NCBI RefSeq assembly: GCF_006345805.1
Contig: NW_021831850.1
Location: forward strand, 174,964 to 238,963
From: Octopus sinensis
Taxonomy: Eukaryota
Length of the DNA: 64,000 nucleotides
Direction: 5' to 3'
Program-made: the position numbers and the translations under genes
In this document: one piece after another, positions 12,428-25,075 of the stretch
How positions within the stretch are numbered: position 1 is the stretch's first letter
How the letters are laid out: each line of letters opens with the position of its first letter
The notes under the pieces: generated by a model
The model's database searches: none
The model's input: the letters and a program-made list of their open reading frames with translations, nothing else
What the model was told of the DNA's origin: nothing

Positions 12428-12714
12428 CCAAAAGAGACAACGAGAGGTAAGGTGACTTACTCATGTTTTCATTTTCGAACTGTCTGAGGTGACCATGGTC
12501 CTTTTTGTAGATTTTTCTTTCCAAGGCTACAACTAAACTGTGAACTTTATATATATATTGCTTTTTTATACACCACAAAACCCACAGGTTCCTATTGATC
12601 GAACGTTTTTTTCTTTGTGTGTCCCACCCCTCCCACCTCGAAATGAAAAAACTCTACATTGTATTTCGTCCATTTTTCTTCTGTATTTAGCCCTGTGTGG
12701 CCACAATAAAAAGT

Positions 12715-12728
12715 TATCTATCTATCTT

Positions 12729-12791
<63 letters not shown>

Positions 12792-12807
12792 GTCTGTCTA
12801 TCTATCT
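12715..12807. repeat. (TATC)n microsatellite with CTGT variants
   Basis: Spacer between Tx1 copies 1 and 2. Confidence 0.97.
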
Positions 12808-15805
12808 AAGCAGAAGCGATTAGGTACAGCAAAGCACTAGCCATAGATAGAGATAGAGTAGAGGGTGAGCTAGTTAAGAAGCTAGAAGAGGCAATTAGAA
12901 GCGGCATCGCATCCGACGTTTTGGCGGCGAGGTTGGCCCTCGACCAACACTTCAACGCCAAACACGAAGGATGTGCTGTCAGAGCTAGGATGCGTGCTCT
13001 AAGGAACGAAGGTGTTGGAGCCGCGAGAGAGGCCCGGGTGGCAGAGGCGCAACAGGGCAACAAAGCCACCATTCGGTCTCTGGTAGATGAACAGGGGCAC
13101 GAATTGCTCGAGCCAAGTAAAATGTGTGAGGCCTTTCAACAGCATTTTGCCCGACTGTTCGGAACGAGTGGCGGGCAAGAACGTAGGGTGGACTTCAGTG
13201 CCTACCTAGACAGCCTACCACGACTCTCGACGGCGGCTGAAGTGCAGGACGCGATGGCAGAATGCTCGAGGGACAAATTGCCGGGTTTGGATGGTCTACC
13301 CTACGAGCTTTACAGTAGTATGCCAGACTTGTTTGGAGATCTCTTGGCGGCGGTGTACTGCAAGTGGCAGCAAAACGGGAGCATTCCTGGTTTTGTGAGC
13401 CGAGGAGCCGTAATACTGATGAAGAAAGATCTAAACAAGGGAAATGTAATAGATAACTTTAGGCCCATCACTCTGCTTAATGCAGACTTGAAAATTTTGG
13501 CCAAGGTGTTAGCCAAGAGGTTGGCGCTTGTCATCGGGAAACTGGTCGACAAAGCGCAAACGTGCGCCGTGCCGGGCCGGACCATCCATGACAACCTCCA
13601 TAGACAGGGTAGTTAACGAACCTGGCATGGGTGGGGCGCTGATCAATTTGGATCAATCGAAAGCTTTCGATAGGGTAGACCATCGATACTTGGAGGCTGT
13701 CCTACGAGCGGCTGGCTTCGGTCCCGTCTTCCGCGGCTGGATAGCCGCTTTGTACAGAGGCATCCGTTCGGTAATTCGCGTAAATGGACATCTATCGAGA
13801 CCTTTCGACATTGCACGTTCGGTCCGTCAGGGATGCCCCCTCTTGTCGCTTCTATACGTATTGACTCTCGAGCCATTATTGCGGAAGCTGGCAACTCTGA
13901 GGGGCATCCCGCGAGAATTGGGATGCGGGACGAGCGTATCTGCATACGCGGACGACGTCACCGTCATAGTGTCAAGCCACGAGCACATCGAGCAGGTCGG
14001 CGAGACACTGAAAAACTACGAAGCGGTGACAGGAGCGAAAATCAACCGGGAAAAGTCAGTGGGCTTGCGGCTCGGCACCTGGAGAAGCAAGCCCATGCCG
14101 TCCACCAGCGCCTCCGTTGTGGGACGCTGGACCGACGGTCCGGTCGAGTTGCTCAGGGTCTGGTTCGGTCAGGACCTCCAAATGGAGAAGAACTGGAAAG
14201 AGATAACGAGTAGGGTGGTCACTCTCGCCCAGCAATGGGCCGACAGGAAACTGTCCCTAAAAGGTTGGGCGGAGGTGGCGAACACGTACATCGCGTCCGT
14301 CATCTACTACCGCCTGACCGTCGTGCCTTGTCCCGACCATACCATCGCCAAACTAGAACGCATTCTCTTTCGCTTCTTGCGGAAAGGATCCGTCCCGATG
14401 GTCAGGCTATCCATTTGCTGTCAACACCCGTTAAAAGGAGGACTGGGTATGCCGTGGTTGATGATGCGCAGACACACGCTGAGACTGCGACATCTCAGGC
14501 CCTTCGTAGACGACGGTGAACAGGTGTGATCACCGTTTGTGAGGCACGCATTCCCGCAGCTCGTCTCCATGACCGAACTGCAGTCGTAGATCAAAAAGAG
14601 GCCGAGGAAGGGCGAATGGCATCGCGAGTGTCGCGTTGCTCTCAATCAACTCTGCCGTCCCGGGTCGACCTTGAGTGACTCCATCACAACCCAAGCATTC
14701 TATAGGGTATTAGTGGAGGGGGGTTACGACGACGAGCTCGGTGTGAACCTGGGCGTCGACGAAGAATACCTGACTCGCCTGTTCGGGACGACTTTCGGGC
14801 CAGGGTCCATGGACAACTTCCAGAGATCCCTGGCCTGGCAGTGCTACCGAGAAGCGCTACCCGTTCGGGATAAGCTCTATAGGCATGGGTCGAGAAACAC
14901 GGGGCCGACCTGCCCGAGATGCGGTCAGAGCGACGAAACCGTTCTGCACGCACTCGTGCAGTGTCCAACAATTTCCGACCTGTGGGCTTATGTCGAACAA
15001 CTGCTATCACGTGTGGGACGAGTCGGTTTATCAGCTGAGTCTATCGTCAATATTGTAACGCCTCCTTCCTTCAAACGGGAAGGAAGAGCTATTCTCATAA
15101 TCCTTGTGGCTATGGCGAAAGAATGTATCTGGTGGACGCGTCTGAAAGGATTGGAGACAAACACTTTCCTCTCTGGTCAATCTCTCATCAACTTCTTCAA
15201 GTACCACTTGAAAAGGAAAGTGAGAGTAGAGAGGCAAGTTTTGTCTAGCGAATGTTTTAAAAAAAGATGGGTGAATGTAGCAAGGATGGCACGTATGAAT
15301 GACGAAGCCACCTTGAGCATAATCCTATGAACCCAGAAATTGAAAACAGAGGGTTACCCACTTGCAAACAAATGTGGTAACATATAACAATATTGACCAA
15401 GGTTACCGTGGTCTTTTTCGTAGGCTTTTCTTCCCACGGATAAACCTTACTTGCTTTCCCCTTTACACCATATATCATAAGACTGTGATACACGATCCCT
15501 ATTGATCGTTCTTTTTTTCCTCTTCCCCTTTTTTCCCCCCTTTTTTCTTCTTTTTTCATTTCTCTTTTCTTTTGTTCCTTTTCCTTTTCTTTTTTTTCTT
15601 TTTATTCTTTTTATTTTTTATTTTATTTATTTATTTATTTATTTATTTTTTGTTCTTTTCTTCCCTTTTACGATCCCTCTTAATCGAAAACCTACGCCAC
15701 CCCCTTTTTTTCTTTTGTTTTTTGTTTTCTTCATCCCCCAAAAGAAAAGCTCTACCTTGTAACTTGTCCCATCTGTGTGCAGCCCTGTGTGGCCAATAAA
15801 GAAAC

Positions 15806-15806
<1 letters not shown>
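12808..15806 (+). mobile_element. Tx1/L1-clade LINE copy 2, 5'-truncated, disrupted RT
   Basis: ORF pieces 12921-13616, 13528-14529 and 14671-15330; AYADD present; T-rich 3' UTR ending ccctgtgtggccaataaagaaac. Confidence 0.92.
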
Positions 15807-15887
<81 letters not shown>

Positions 15888-15975
15888 GTCTGTCTATTTA
15901 TCTATCCATCTATCCATCTATCTATCAATCTATCTATCTATTTATCTATCTATCTATCTGTCTGTCTATCTATCT
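15807..15975. repeat. (TATC)n microsatellite with diagnostic variant units
   Basis: Contains ctgtctgtctatttatctatccatc...caatc and then ctgtctgtctatctatct immediately before copy 3. Confidence 0.97.
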
Positions 15976-18945
15976 AAGCAGAAGCGATTAGGTACAGCAA
16001 AGCACTAGCCATAGATAGAAATAGAGTAGAGGGTGAGCTAGTTAAGAAGCTAGAAGAGGCAATTAGAAGCGGCATCGCATCCGACGTTTTGGCGGCGAGG
16101 TTGGCCCTCGACCAACACTTCAACGCCAAACACGAAGGATGTGCTGTCAGAGCTAGGATGCGTGCTCTAAGGAACGAAGGTGTTGGAGCCGCGAGAGAGG
16201 CCCGGGTGGCAGAGGCGCAACAGGGCAACAAAGCCACCATTCGGTCACTGGTAGATGAACAGGGGCGCGAATTGCTCGAGCCAAGTAAAATGTGTGAGGC
16301 CTTTCAGCAGCATTTTGCCCGACTGTTCGGTACGAGTGGAGGGCAAGAACGTAGGGTGGACTTCAGTGCCTACCTACATAGCCTGCCACGACTCTCGACA
16401 AGAAAGGCAGGGTGCTGCGAAGGTGCCATCACGGCGGCGGAAGTGCAGGAAGCGATAGCAGAATGCTCGAGGGACAAATCACCGGGTTTGTTTGGTCTAC
16501 CCTACGAGTTTTACAATTGTATGCCAGACTTGTTTGGAGACGTCTTGGCAGCGGTATACTGCAACTGGCAGCAAAACAAGAGCATACCCGGTTTTGTGAG
16601 TCGAGGAGCTGTAACTCTGCTGAAGAAAGATCCAAACAAGGGAAACATTATAGATAACTGTAGACCAATCACGCTGCTCAATGCAGACCTGAAAATTTTG
16701 ACAAAGATGTTAGCCAAGAGGTTGGCGCTTGTCATCGAGAAACTGGTCGACAACGCACAAACGTGCGCCGTGCCGGGCCGGAGCATCCATGACAACCTCC
16801 ATCTGATGCGCTACATCATAGACAGGGTAGTTAACGAACCTGGCATGGGTGGGGCCCTGATCAACTTGGATCAATCGAAAGCCTTTGATAGGGTAGACCA
16901 TCGATACTTGGAGGCAGTCCTGAGAGCGGCTGGTTTCGGTCCCGTCTTCCGCGGCTGGATAGCTGCCTTGTACAGAGGCATCCGTTCGGTAATTCGCGTA
17001 AATGGACATCTATCGAGACCTTTCGACATTGCACGTTCGGTCCGTCAGGGATGCCCCCTCTCGGCGCTTCTATACGTATTGACTCTTGAGCCACTACTGC
17101 GGAAGCTGGCGACTCTAAGGGGCATCCCGCGAGAATTGGGATGCGGGACGAGCGTGTCTGCATACGCGGACGACGTCACCGTCATAGTGTCAAGCCACGA
17201 GCACATCGAGCGGGTCGGCGAGACACTGAAAGACTACGAAGCGCTGACAGGAGCAAAAATCAACCGGGAAAAGTCAGTGGGCCTGCGGCTCGGCACCTGG
17301 AGAAGCAAGCCCATGCCGTCCACCAGTACCTCCGTCCTGGGACGCTGGACAGACGGCCCGGTTGAGTTGCTCGGGGTCTGGGTCGGTCCGGACCTCCAAA
17401 TGGAGAAGAACTGGAACGAGATAACGAGTAGGGTGGTCACTCTCGCCCAGCAATGGGCCGAGAGGAAACTGTCCCTAAAAGGTCGGGCGGAGGTGGTGAA
17501 CGCGTACATCGCGTCCATCATCTACTACCGCCTGACCGTCGTACCTTGTCCCGACCCTACCATCACCAAACTAGAACGCATCCTCTTCCGCTTCTTGTGG
17601 AAAGGATGCGTCCCGATGGTCAGGCGATCCATTTGCTGTCAACACCCGTTAAAAGGAGGGCTGGGCATGCCGTGGTTGATGATGCGCAGACACGCGCTGA
17701 GACTGCGACATCTCCGGCTCTATGTAGACGACGGTGAACAGGTGTGGTCGCCGTTTGTGAGGCACGCATTCCCGCAACTCGTCTCCATGACCGAACTACA
17801 GTCGTGGATCAAAAAGAGGCCGAGGAAGGGCGAATGGCACCGCGAGTGTCGCGTTGCTCTCAAGCAACTCTGCCGCCCCGGGTCGACCTTGAGTGACTTC
17901 AACACAACCAAAGCATTCTATAGGGGATTAGTGGAGGGGAGGTACGACGACGAGCTCGGGGTGAACCTGGGCGTCGACGAGGAATACCTGACCCGCCTGT
18001 TTCAAACGACTTTCGGCCCGGGACCTATGGACAACTTCCAGAGATCCCTGGCCTGGCAGTGCTACCGAGAAGCGCTACCCGTTCGGGATAAGCTCTATAG
18101 GCATGGCTCGAGAAACACGGGGCCGACCTGCCCGTGATGCCGGCAGAGCGACGAAACCGCTCTGCACGCAATCGTGCAGTGTCCAGCAATTTCCCACCTG
18201 TGGGCTTATGTCGAACGACTGCTGTCACGTGTGGAACGTGTCGGTTTATCAGCCGAGTCTATCGTTAATATCGTCACGCCTCCTTCCTTCAAACGGGAAG
18301 GAAGAGCTATTTTTATCATACTTGTGGCTATGGCGAAAGAATGTATCTGGTGGACGCACCTGAAAGGATTAGAGACAAACACTTTCCTCTCTGGTCAATC
18401 TCTCATCAACTTCTTCAAGTATCACTTGAAGAAAAAAGTGAGAGTAGAGAGGCAAGTTTTGTCTAGTGAATGTTTTAAAAAAAGATGGGTGAATGTAGCA
18501 AGGATGGCACGTATGAATGACGAAGCCACCTTGACTATGATTCTATGAACCGTAAAAATTAATAAAGAGTTGCTTATTTGCAAAAAAAAAAAAAAAGAAA
18601 TATAACATGTGACTTCATTGACCGAGGTTACCGTGGTCTTTTCCGTAGGCTTTTCTTTCCACGAGTAAACCTCACCTGTCCTCCCCTTTACACTTCATAT
18701 TGACATTTCTGTGATAACGATCCCTATTGATCAATTTTTTTTCCTCTCCCCCTTTTTTTACCCCCCCCCCTTTTTTTGTCCTCTTTCTCTCCTTTTACGA
18801 TCCCTTTTGATCGACCCCCCTTTTTTTTATTTATTTATTTATTTATTATTTTTTTTTATTTATTTAGTTTTTACCTTCAAAAGAAAAGCTCTACCTTGTA
18901 ATTTGTTCTATCTGTGTGCAGCCCTGTGTGGCTAATAAAGAAACA
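15976..18945 (+). mobile_element. Tx1/L1-clade LINE copy 3, 5'-truncated, nearly intact RT
   Basis: ORF 16089-18137 and 18174-18548 are in the same frame, separated by one nonsense codon (TGA 18135-37, AGA in copy 2); all RT motifs present; same 3' terminus. Confidence 0.93.
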
Positions 18946-18978
<33 letters not shown>

Positions 18979-19060
18979 GTCTATCTATCTCTATATATAT
19001 ATTTATCTATCTATCTATCTATCTATCTGTCTGTCTATTTATCTATCCATCTATCTATCA

Positions 19061-19121
<61 letters not shown>
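18946..19121. repeat. (TATC)n microsatellite with variant units
   Basis: 3' flank of copy 3; repeats the ctgtctgtctatttatctatccatc..caatc signature. Confidence 0.97.
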
Positions 19122-19124
<3 letters not shown>

Positions 19125-19169
19125 ACTTATAACTACGTGTGTATGTCTGTGTACTTATGTGTGTATGTC

Positions 19170-19320
19170 CGACGGCCTTCTCTCAGTTACTGTTTTCGAA
19201 ATTACCCTCACAGGGTTCTCCTCGGCCGGTGATTATAACAGAAGACATTTGGCCAAGGTGACGAGCAGTGGGACTGAACCTATGTGATTGGGAAGCAAGC
19301 TTCTCTCCACACAGCGACGC
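19170..19320 (-). mobile_element. Decayed tRNA-SINE fragment
   Basis: agaagacatttggccaagg..gactgaacc..gtgattgggaagcaagcttct..ccacacagc pattern, related to 63705-63863. Confidence 0.5.
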
Positions 19321-19462
19321 CTTCAACTGCAACAATGCCGGCTCTCTTACTAATTCTATCGTTATTTTGAATGAATCTCCCGATATTGAACTCATTAAGT
19401 CACATGATACAAAGCCATACCCGTAATGCATAACTGAAACCATATATAGGCAGCGTCTTCAG

Positions 19463-19505
19463 CCTTTCTTCATAAGACAAATGCTTGAGACCAAGAACCA
19501 TGCGG
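19463..19505 (+). CDS. Candidate upstream or start exon of the propeller gene (ATG 19481: MLETKNHA)
   Basis: tcttcag acceptor, acaaATG context, and a GTAAGT donor at 19506 in phase 1, compatible with the downstream phase-1 exons. Short and unsupported by homology. Confidence 0.2.
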
Positions 19506-19639
19506 GTAAGTGGTGTGACCAGTTTTTGTAGATAGATATATGGTTATCAACTTGCTTGACAGTGGAGTTGAGCAGAAAACGGGAAGTTTGGTTCTTGAGG
19601 TTTTCTACGGCAGAGGTGAAAACGCTATGTCATAGATGT

Positions 19640-20140
19640 GACAGAAATACCACCTTGACCATGATCGATTGGCTGAGTGTATTGACGACACCAGAGATCA
19701 CAGTGCACCCTCCACTTCTGTCTTCATCTTGACCTTCTCGCCTACGTAGCATGTCGTATTTTGTCAAACACTCACTTTTGGATTCGCTCTCAGTGACCTC
19801 CTCTGCTCGCGTATATAACTCTCAACAACTGTGCATCTCTAAATATTTTCAGTGAGCTGGTTACCTGTCCCATCTGAAATTTTGCCATAAGTTTTTAGTG
19901 ATGATGTCTCTCACACTTGATTTCTCTCTGATCACCTCACTCCTGATGTGCAAATTTAGCAACACTCCATGACATCGATTTTTCGATTGTGCTTTGGGCC
20001 ATTATCAGACTCACATCCTCCCTCTTCGTTGTGTACCAGCTTTCACACCTGTTGTAAATTGCAGGTAAATAGGTGTCGTTGAAGAGGTTTATGCGATTGG
20101 TCCAATCCAGCTTCGTTTTGAGACCAACTTTCATATATCA
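19640..20140 (-). mobile_element. Old RTE-clade LINE 3' fragment
   Basis: Minus ORF 19937-20134 FNDTYLPAIYNRCESWYTTK...AQSTIEKSM resembles the RTE post-RT motif LP.MLYG.ETW..TK...AQR.MERSM. Confidence 0.5.
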
Positions 20141-23100
20141 ACGCAATGTACTGTGACATCCAACATAATTTAACAATATTGCAATTACTTCACGTAATTA
20201 TCTCTTTATTGCACTGTGTTTCAGTAGTTGAGTTATCCTCTCTTTATACCTGGGCCTTAAGCTCCCTGAAAATCAGAGAAATACGGAAGGAAAGAGAAAA
20301 CTAAAAGCAAAATATTGTTATAAAGAGACAATGAAATTAAATAATTACAATATTGTTAAATTTTATTTGATGTCTGAATACAGAGAGTATAGATAGGAAA
20401 TTGGATTATATTTTGGTTGCTCTTAATATAGAGTTTTGTTATATTGAAACTGTAAAATGTGCTGACCAAAATCATAGTGGTCAGCCGTTGACCATTGAAA
20501 ATAAAGATATCTTACGGTAATAGCATATTTTTGATTAATAGATATAATCATATTATAGTGTACAATGTAAAACTTGAAAATATATATTTTCCGACACATA
20601 GTCGCAAACAATAGTGTCACCTAACTTTCCTATGCTTGAAACGGAATTATATGATCATGAGGATAAAATATCATTACCTTATCGATTTCTGAAAATTTTA
20701 CCTTTACTTGTGTCAATTTCTTTGTCAGAATGACTGACAACATGTTCCAATCCAGATTTTGCATTTGAAAAGTTTGCTGCATAATAATTCTATTAAACAG
20801 ATCGATATTATTGTAATTTCACAAAATACCCGATGTGGTGAGCATGGTTTGTAAAATGGATAACTTCGAAGACAATAGATTTAATACTTCACTTTGGAAG
20901 AGAAAACTAATATTTGTAGTTGTTTAGCGATAAACAATCGTGTTAATGACATTTCTCTTTGTTTTACTTTTTATACTATGTTTGCTGATTGATTAATGTT
21001 GTTATTTTGGCTGATGTTTCTAAAAAAGTACTTGGAAATGTATTTCAAGTATAAGCAGTCTGTTTTATTTCACAGATATTTCATTACATACGCTACACAT
21101 TGCCTTTATCCAACTTATTTCTGTGATAGTTGTCTATATTTCTTACTTCAAAACAGATACTGGTTGCAAGATACTATACAATAATTGACAATATCTTCAT
21201 CCTTTATCGTCTGATTTCCATGCTCCCACCTCTTGATCGGATAGCAGACACATCTCAGTTAACCATTCTAGGTTTTATATGAGGGTATAATTTCCTAAAA
21301 CAAACCACTTGATAAAGTGTCCTGGGTGCATTTTATTGTGGTACAAGCAAAAGAAACATTGATGTCTTTCTAATAAAACCTCTAAGAAAGCGAGGAATTG
21401 AAATTTTAGCTGAGTGTTTGCAGCGAGAAGGGAGGCAAGAGCAAAGACTGCAGCAACTCTAACAAGCTATAAGCATTATATAATAGTAAGGGGTTGTGGT
21501 ATAAAATAGAAGGTATTTATGACTGATATAAGGCAGAAAGTGTTTACATATCAAAAGAATCTGAAGCACAATTAATTGGCCAGTTGAAATTAGTTTCAAT
21601 CCTTAATGGCAAGCTTTACGTGGATGTACATGCTAAGAGATCACCTATACACCTACAAAATAATTGATATGTGATGGAAAGTGTGCAGATAACTGGAATC
21701 CCCTGACTTTCTTGGTTTGTAGGACGTGAAATGTAAAACTGGGATCAACACACAAAGAAGAATTGAAGTAATTTGAATGTTGTACGGCTTGATAGCTCTA
21801 AAGCATATGGGTGTGTACCATACAAATTATTGATGAAATCAATAAACTTCTTTTACATACTGGGGAAATTTTAAGGTCTGATGATGAGCTGGTTTAACAA
21901 TTTCAAAAGGCAGCTCATTACAAACCATTTTACAGGGACTGTCATCGGAATTGGAGCAGGGTGCACAATATTAATCCTTCAGTTTGGAGATGTTACTTAG
22001 ATCAGTAGTCTGCTCAGAAGAAATGACCCAAGTGAAAGCACCAGACAAGACATTCATGGATGACATAAAAATGCTATGTAGAGACCAAAATGTTATGCAA
22101 ATATTTCTGGATAGCCTGGGTGGAATGATTACTTTGTCAAGAATTTGACTTGAAGCAAATAAATAATACAATCTGTTATTTGTGGAAGATCAGCAGAACA
22201 AAGTGAAGTTCAAAGTAGCAGGAGAAACTATGCATACGTTTAGGGAAAAACTTATAAAAGTTTCCGACAGTGGTGCGCTGCCTCTTTCTCCAATAATTGT
22301 AAGGGCATTAAGATGAAAACATGGGAATGGATTAAAAGAATGAGAGTATTCGAAACTTCCTGGCAAACGTCAGATTCAATGCTTCCAGTTTGATCTATAT
22401 TTGCGTCAGGCTTATATATGCTTAATTGTCAGTTATTATGTATCATTTCGGATATGTTTATGCAATAGTATGTAGATGACCAGTTAAATGTAGTTAATAA
22501 GGTTTTGTGCAAGTGTACAATGTTTCAGGATACCTGATGTCGCGGTGTCAGATAGTTTGAAGTTAGTCCAGCAATTAGAAATTGGTGTGCAGTAATTAAT
22601 TGATTTATCTAAAATAGTAAAAAGTCGTTTATGTTTTGTTTATTCGATAGTTATTTACTTCATTCTCTGATAAAGTTGGTACTGGGGCGGGCTTATCTCA
22701 ATTTTGTATGTCTATTATATGTCGGAGAGAGAAATCTTACCACATGTAGTTTAATTTCTACTCAGCCCTTTAATAGAGCTATAACCAGAAGTAGTTTGTC
22801 AAAGCCTCAGTGAAAAATACAGATATAAACCGTCAGATATTCCATTCTTTCATTTTGTTAATCATCACACAAGGAACTGCTAAAATGCCTCGTTTTGTTG
22901 TGTACGGCGGATTGTGGTAGCAGTAAGGGTAGAATATGATATCTCTCCACCGTGCAGTTTGTAATTGTACATCTGAACTCCTTCTAGTGTTAACGACTTT
23001 TGTAATGGTCAAGTTAAACATTGCCAGATAATCACGGATTTCTCTCTATAGTACTAAGCTCCACTGGTGTATATCAGTGTTTTCAGCTTGCGAGACGACT

Positions 23101-23991
23101 GGTGTAGCTATTTCTGTGTTTATCGACAATTAATGGGACGGTAGTGTTTTGGAAATTGTGTTGTATGAACTGTGTGCAATATTTTAGTTAAATTAGGAAG
23201 ATTTGAGTTGTTATATCACGAATTATGTCGGATGTTGGTGTTACAAAATATTATCTCTTCATATCTTTTAACAATGTTTTAAAACTTTTATTTTTGCTGT
23301 TGTCTTTTCTTAGATACAACATTAAATTTATCGTTCCATCCACTAAGCATTGTCTTTATCGAAGTTATGACTTTGGTTTGCTGCTGAGAAAACCATTGTC
23401 TCTTTCTCATTCAAGATAAATATTTTCTTTCTAAAATGCATTGGATGGGCGGTCTCTACCCAAGACACTTAATATTCTGAGATTATACTTACCTCAATTG
23501 GTTGAGGAACATATGTATCTCAAAGATACCCGCCTTTCTACCGATTGACTCTCAGTTTCAAGATCTGAAGCTCATTTCTCAACACTTCCTTCCATTTTTC
23601 TTGAGGTTCTCTCCACATTTACAGATCGATGTTCTTTATACAGCTGATCTTATTCATACATATTACATGGTCATACTAGCACAGTCGTCTGTCTTGCGTA
23701 CTACATACATGTGATAACTCTCGATTTTTATCTTAAAACTTGTCAGCATTTTATACCTGCACACTGACAGTGACCATCCATTGGAGCATGCTGGTTCCAT
23801 TTTGTTCAAGCCTTTACACGTCCTCTGTGTTCACAACATACATTTCACTACTATGTAGCATACACAGCTATTCATACACAGGCTACCCATTGATGATCAG
23901 AAACTCCAACAATAATAAAATACATATTATTAATATCTAGATCTAAAATATTTTATAATAAATTTTAAAAACCTTGAAATATTTATTTCAG

Positions 23992-24063
23992 GGTTTCCCA
24001 AGTCTCAGAACAAGCAAGTCCAGACAGTGGCATTTACTTCAAAATATGCATCACAGCAAGTTG
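23992..24063 (+). CDS. 72-nt phase-1 micro-exon, (G)FPKSQNKQVQTVAFTSKYASQQV
   Basis: atttatttcag acceptor, GTGAGT donor at 24064, length divisible by 3, open in phase 1, shares VQT with the other micro-exons. Confidence 0.62.
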
Positions 24064-24517
24064 GTGAGTATAAAGTCACTAATTGAATTCTATCAATTTT
24101 ACCTTCACCTGAGGCATTCATGGATTAATAATAATATTAAGGAGTGATCAATAGGATAGACAAATAATTCTGGTTAGACTGGATTAACTCATTTTTGGGG
24201 CCAAAATGTGGTTTAAATCGAATAAGTAGTGCTGTCTATCGTTTGTAAATGATCAGCAGAAACAAGTGAAGTTACAAATAGCAGGAGAAATCATGCCAAA
24301 AGCTTGAAGACAATGGTACGGTAGCTTGCTGAGAGACACGTCTTGAGGCAATAGGATCAAGGCACAAACTGTGATGGAGTCAAAATCAAAACATAATCCA
24401 AAATAAATTTGGCGCTTCCAGTTTGATTTATATCTCTGTCTTGCTTATATATTCTTGAAAGTCAGTACTATTCCAGATATAATTCCTTTGCAGTAATATG
24501 TAAATGTACGTTCATAA

Positions 24518-24538
24518 ATATATATATATGCATACATT

Positions 24539-24611
<73 letters not shown>

Positions 24612-24913
24612 CGGACATGTACTTGCATAGCAAGTGACTTGATCTGAGATCGCGTGCTGGAACGAAAACAATTGCTGCGTGGAAGGTGTTTGTATGTCAT
24701 TTAAGAAACACACAAAAGCCGTTCGATTCACTTCAACATTTAAGTTTAATTTGTCAAAATATTTTCGTCGCTATAAGACCGCGACCTGTTCACTGAGAAA
24801 AATTCGTATTGTTATATATATATACATATATACATACATAAACATGTATATATATATATATATATAAACACTCACACACACACGCACACACATATATATA
24901 TATATATAATCAC

Positions 24914-24962
<49 letters not shown>

Positions 24963-25075
24963 ATGTAAATATACATATATATGTATATATACATGTACAT
25001 ACATCTACCTCTACATACATATACATATATACATGCACACACACATAAATATGTGTGTGTATGTGTGTGTGTGTG
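24518..25075. repeat. (TA)n/(CA)n microsatellite tracts flanking a ~200-bp insert (24611-24810)
   Basis: Direct reading of the sequence. Confidence 0.9.

Larger units (their letters stand above)
7261..12714 (+). mobile_element. Tx1/L1-clade LINE copy 1, apparently full-length but disrupted
   Basis: 5' UTR, broken ORF1 with a decayed zinc knuckle (YYSCGSPDHLIAKC), ORF2 with APE (VNVRGL, IVAISETR), RT (LINLDQSKAFDRVDH, SVRQGCPLS) and C-terminal CPRCGQNDETVLHALVQC; 3' end ccctgtgtggccacaataaa then (TATC)n. Confidence 0.9.

Noticed and set aside
12806-18363. Numerous antisense and alternate-frame ORFs within the Tx1 copies
   Set aside because: Expected shadows of GC-richer RT coding sequence; no independent motifs.
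22529-22584. Further micro-exon (IPDVAVSDSLKLVQQLEI)
   Set aside because: 56 nt is not divisible by 3, there is a stop in phase 1, and the GTGTGC donor is weak; at best a decayed cassette.
22833-23021. Minus-strand ORF ending KMKEWNI*, also readable at ~36410-36600
   Set aside because: Both copies have stops or frameshifts in this frame, and both end at + strand acceptors; better explained as paralogous introns.
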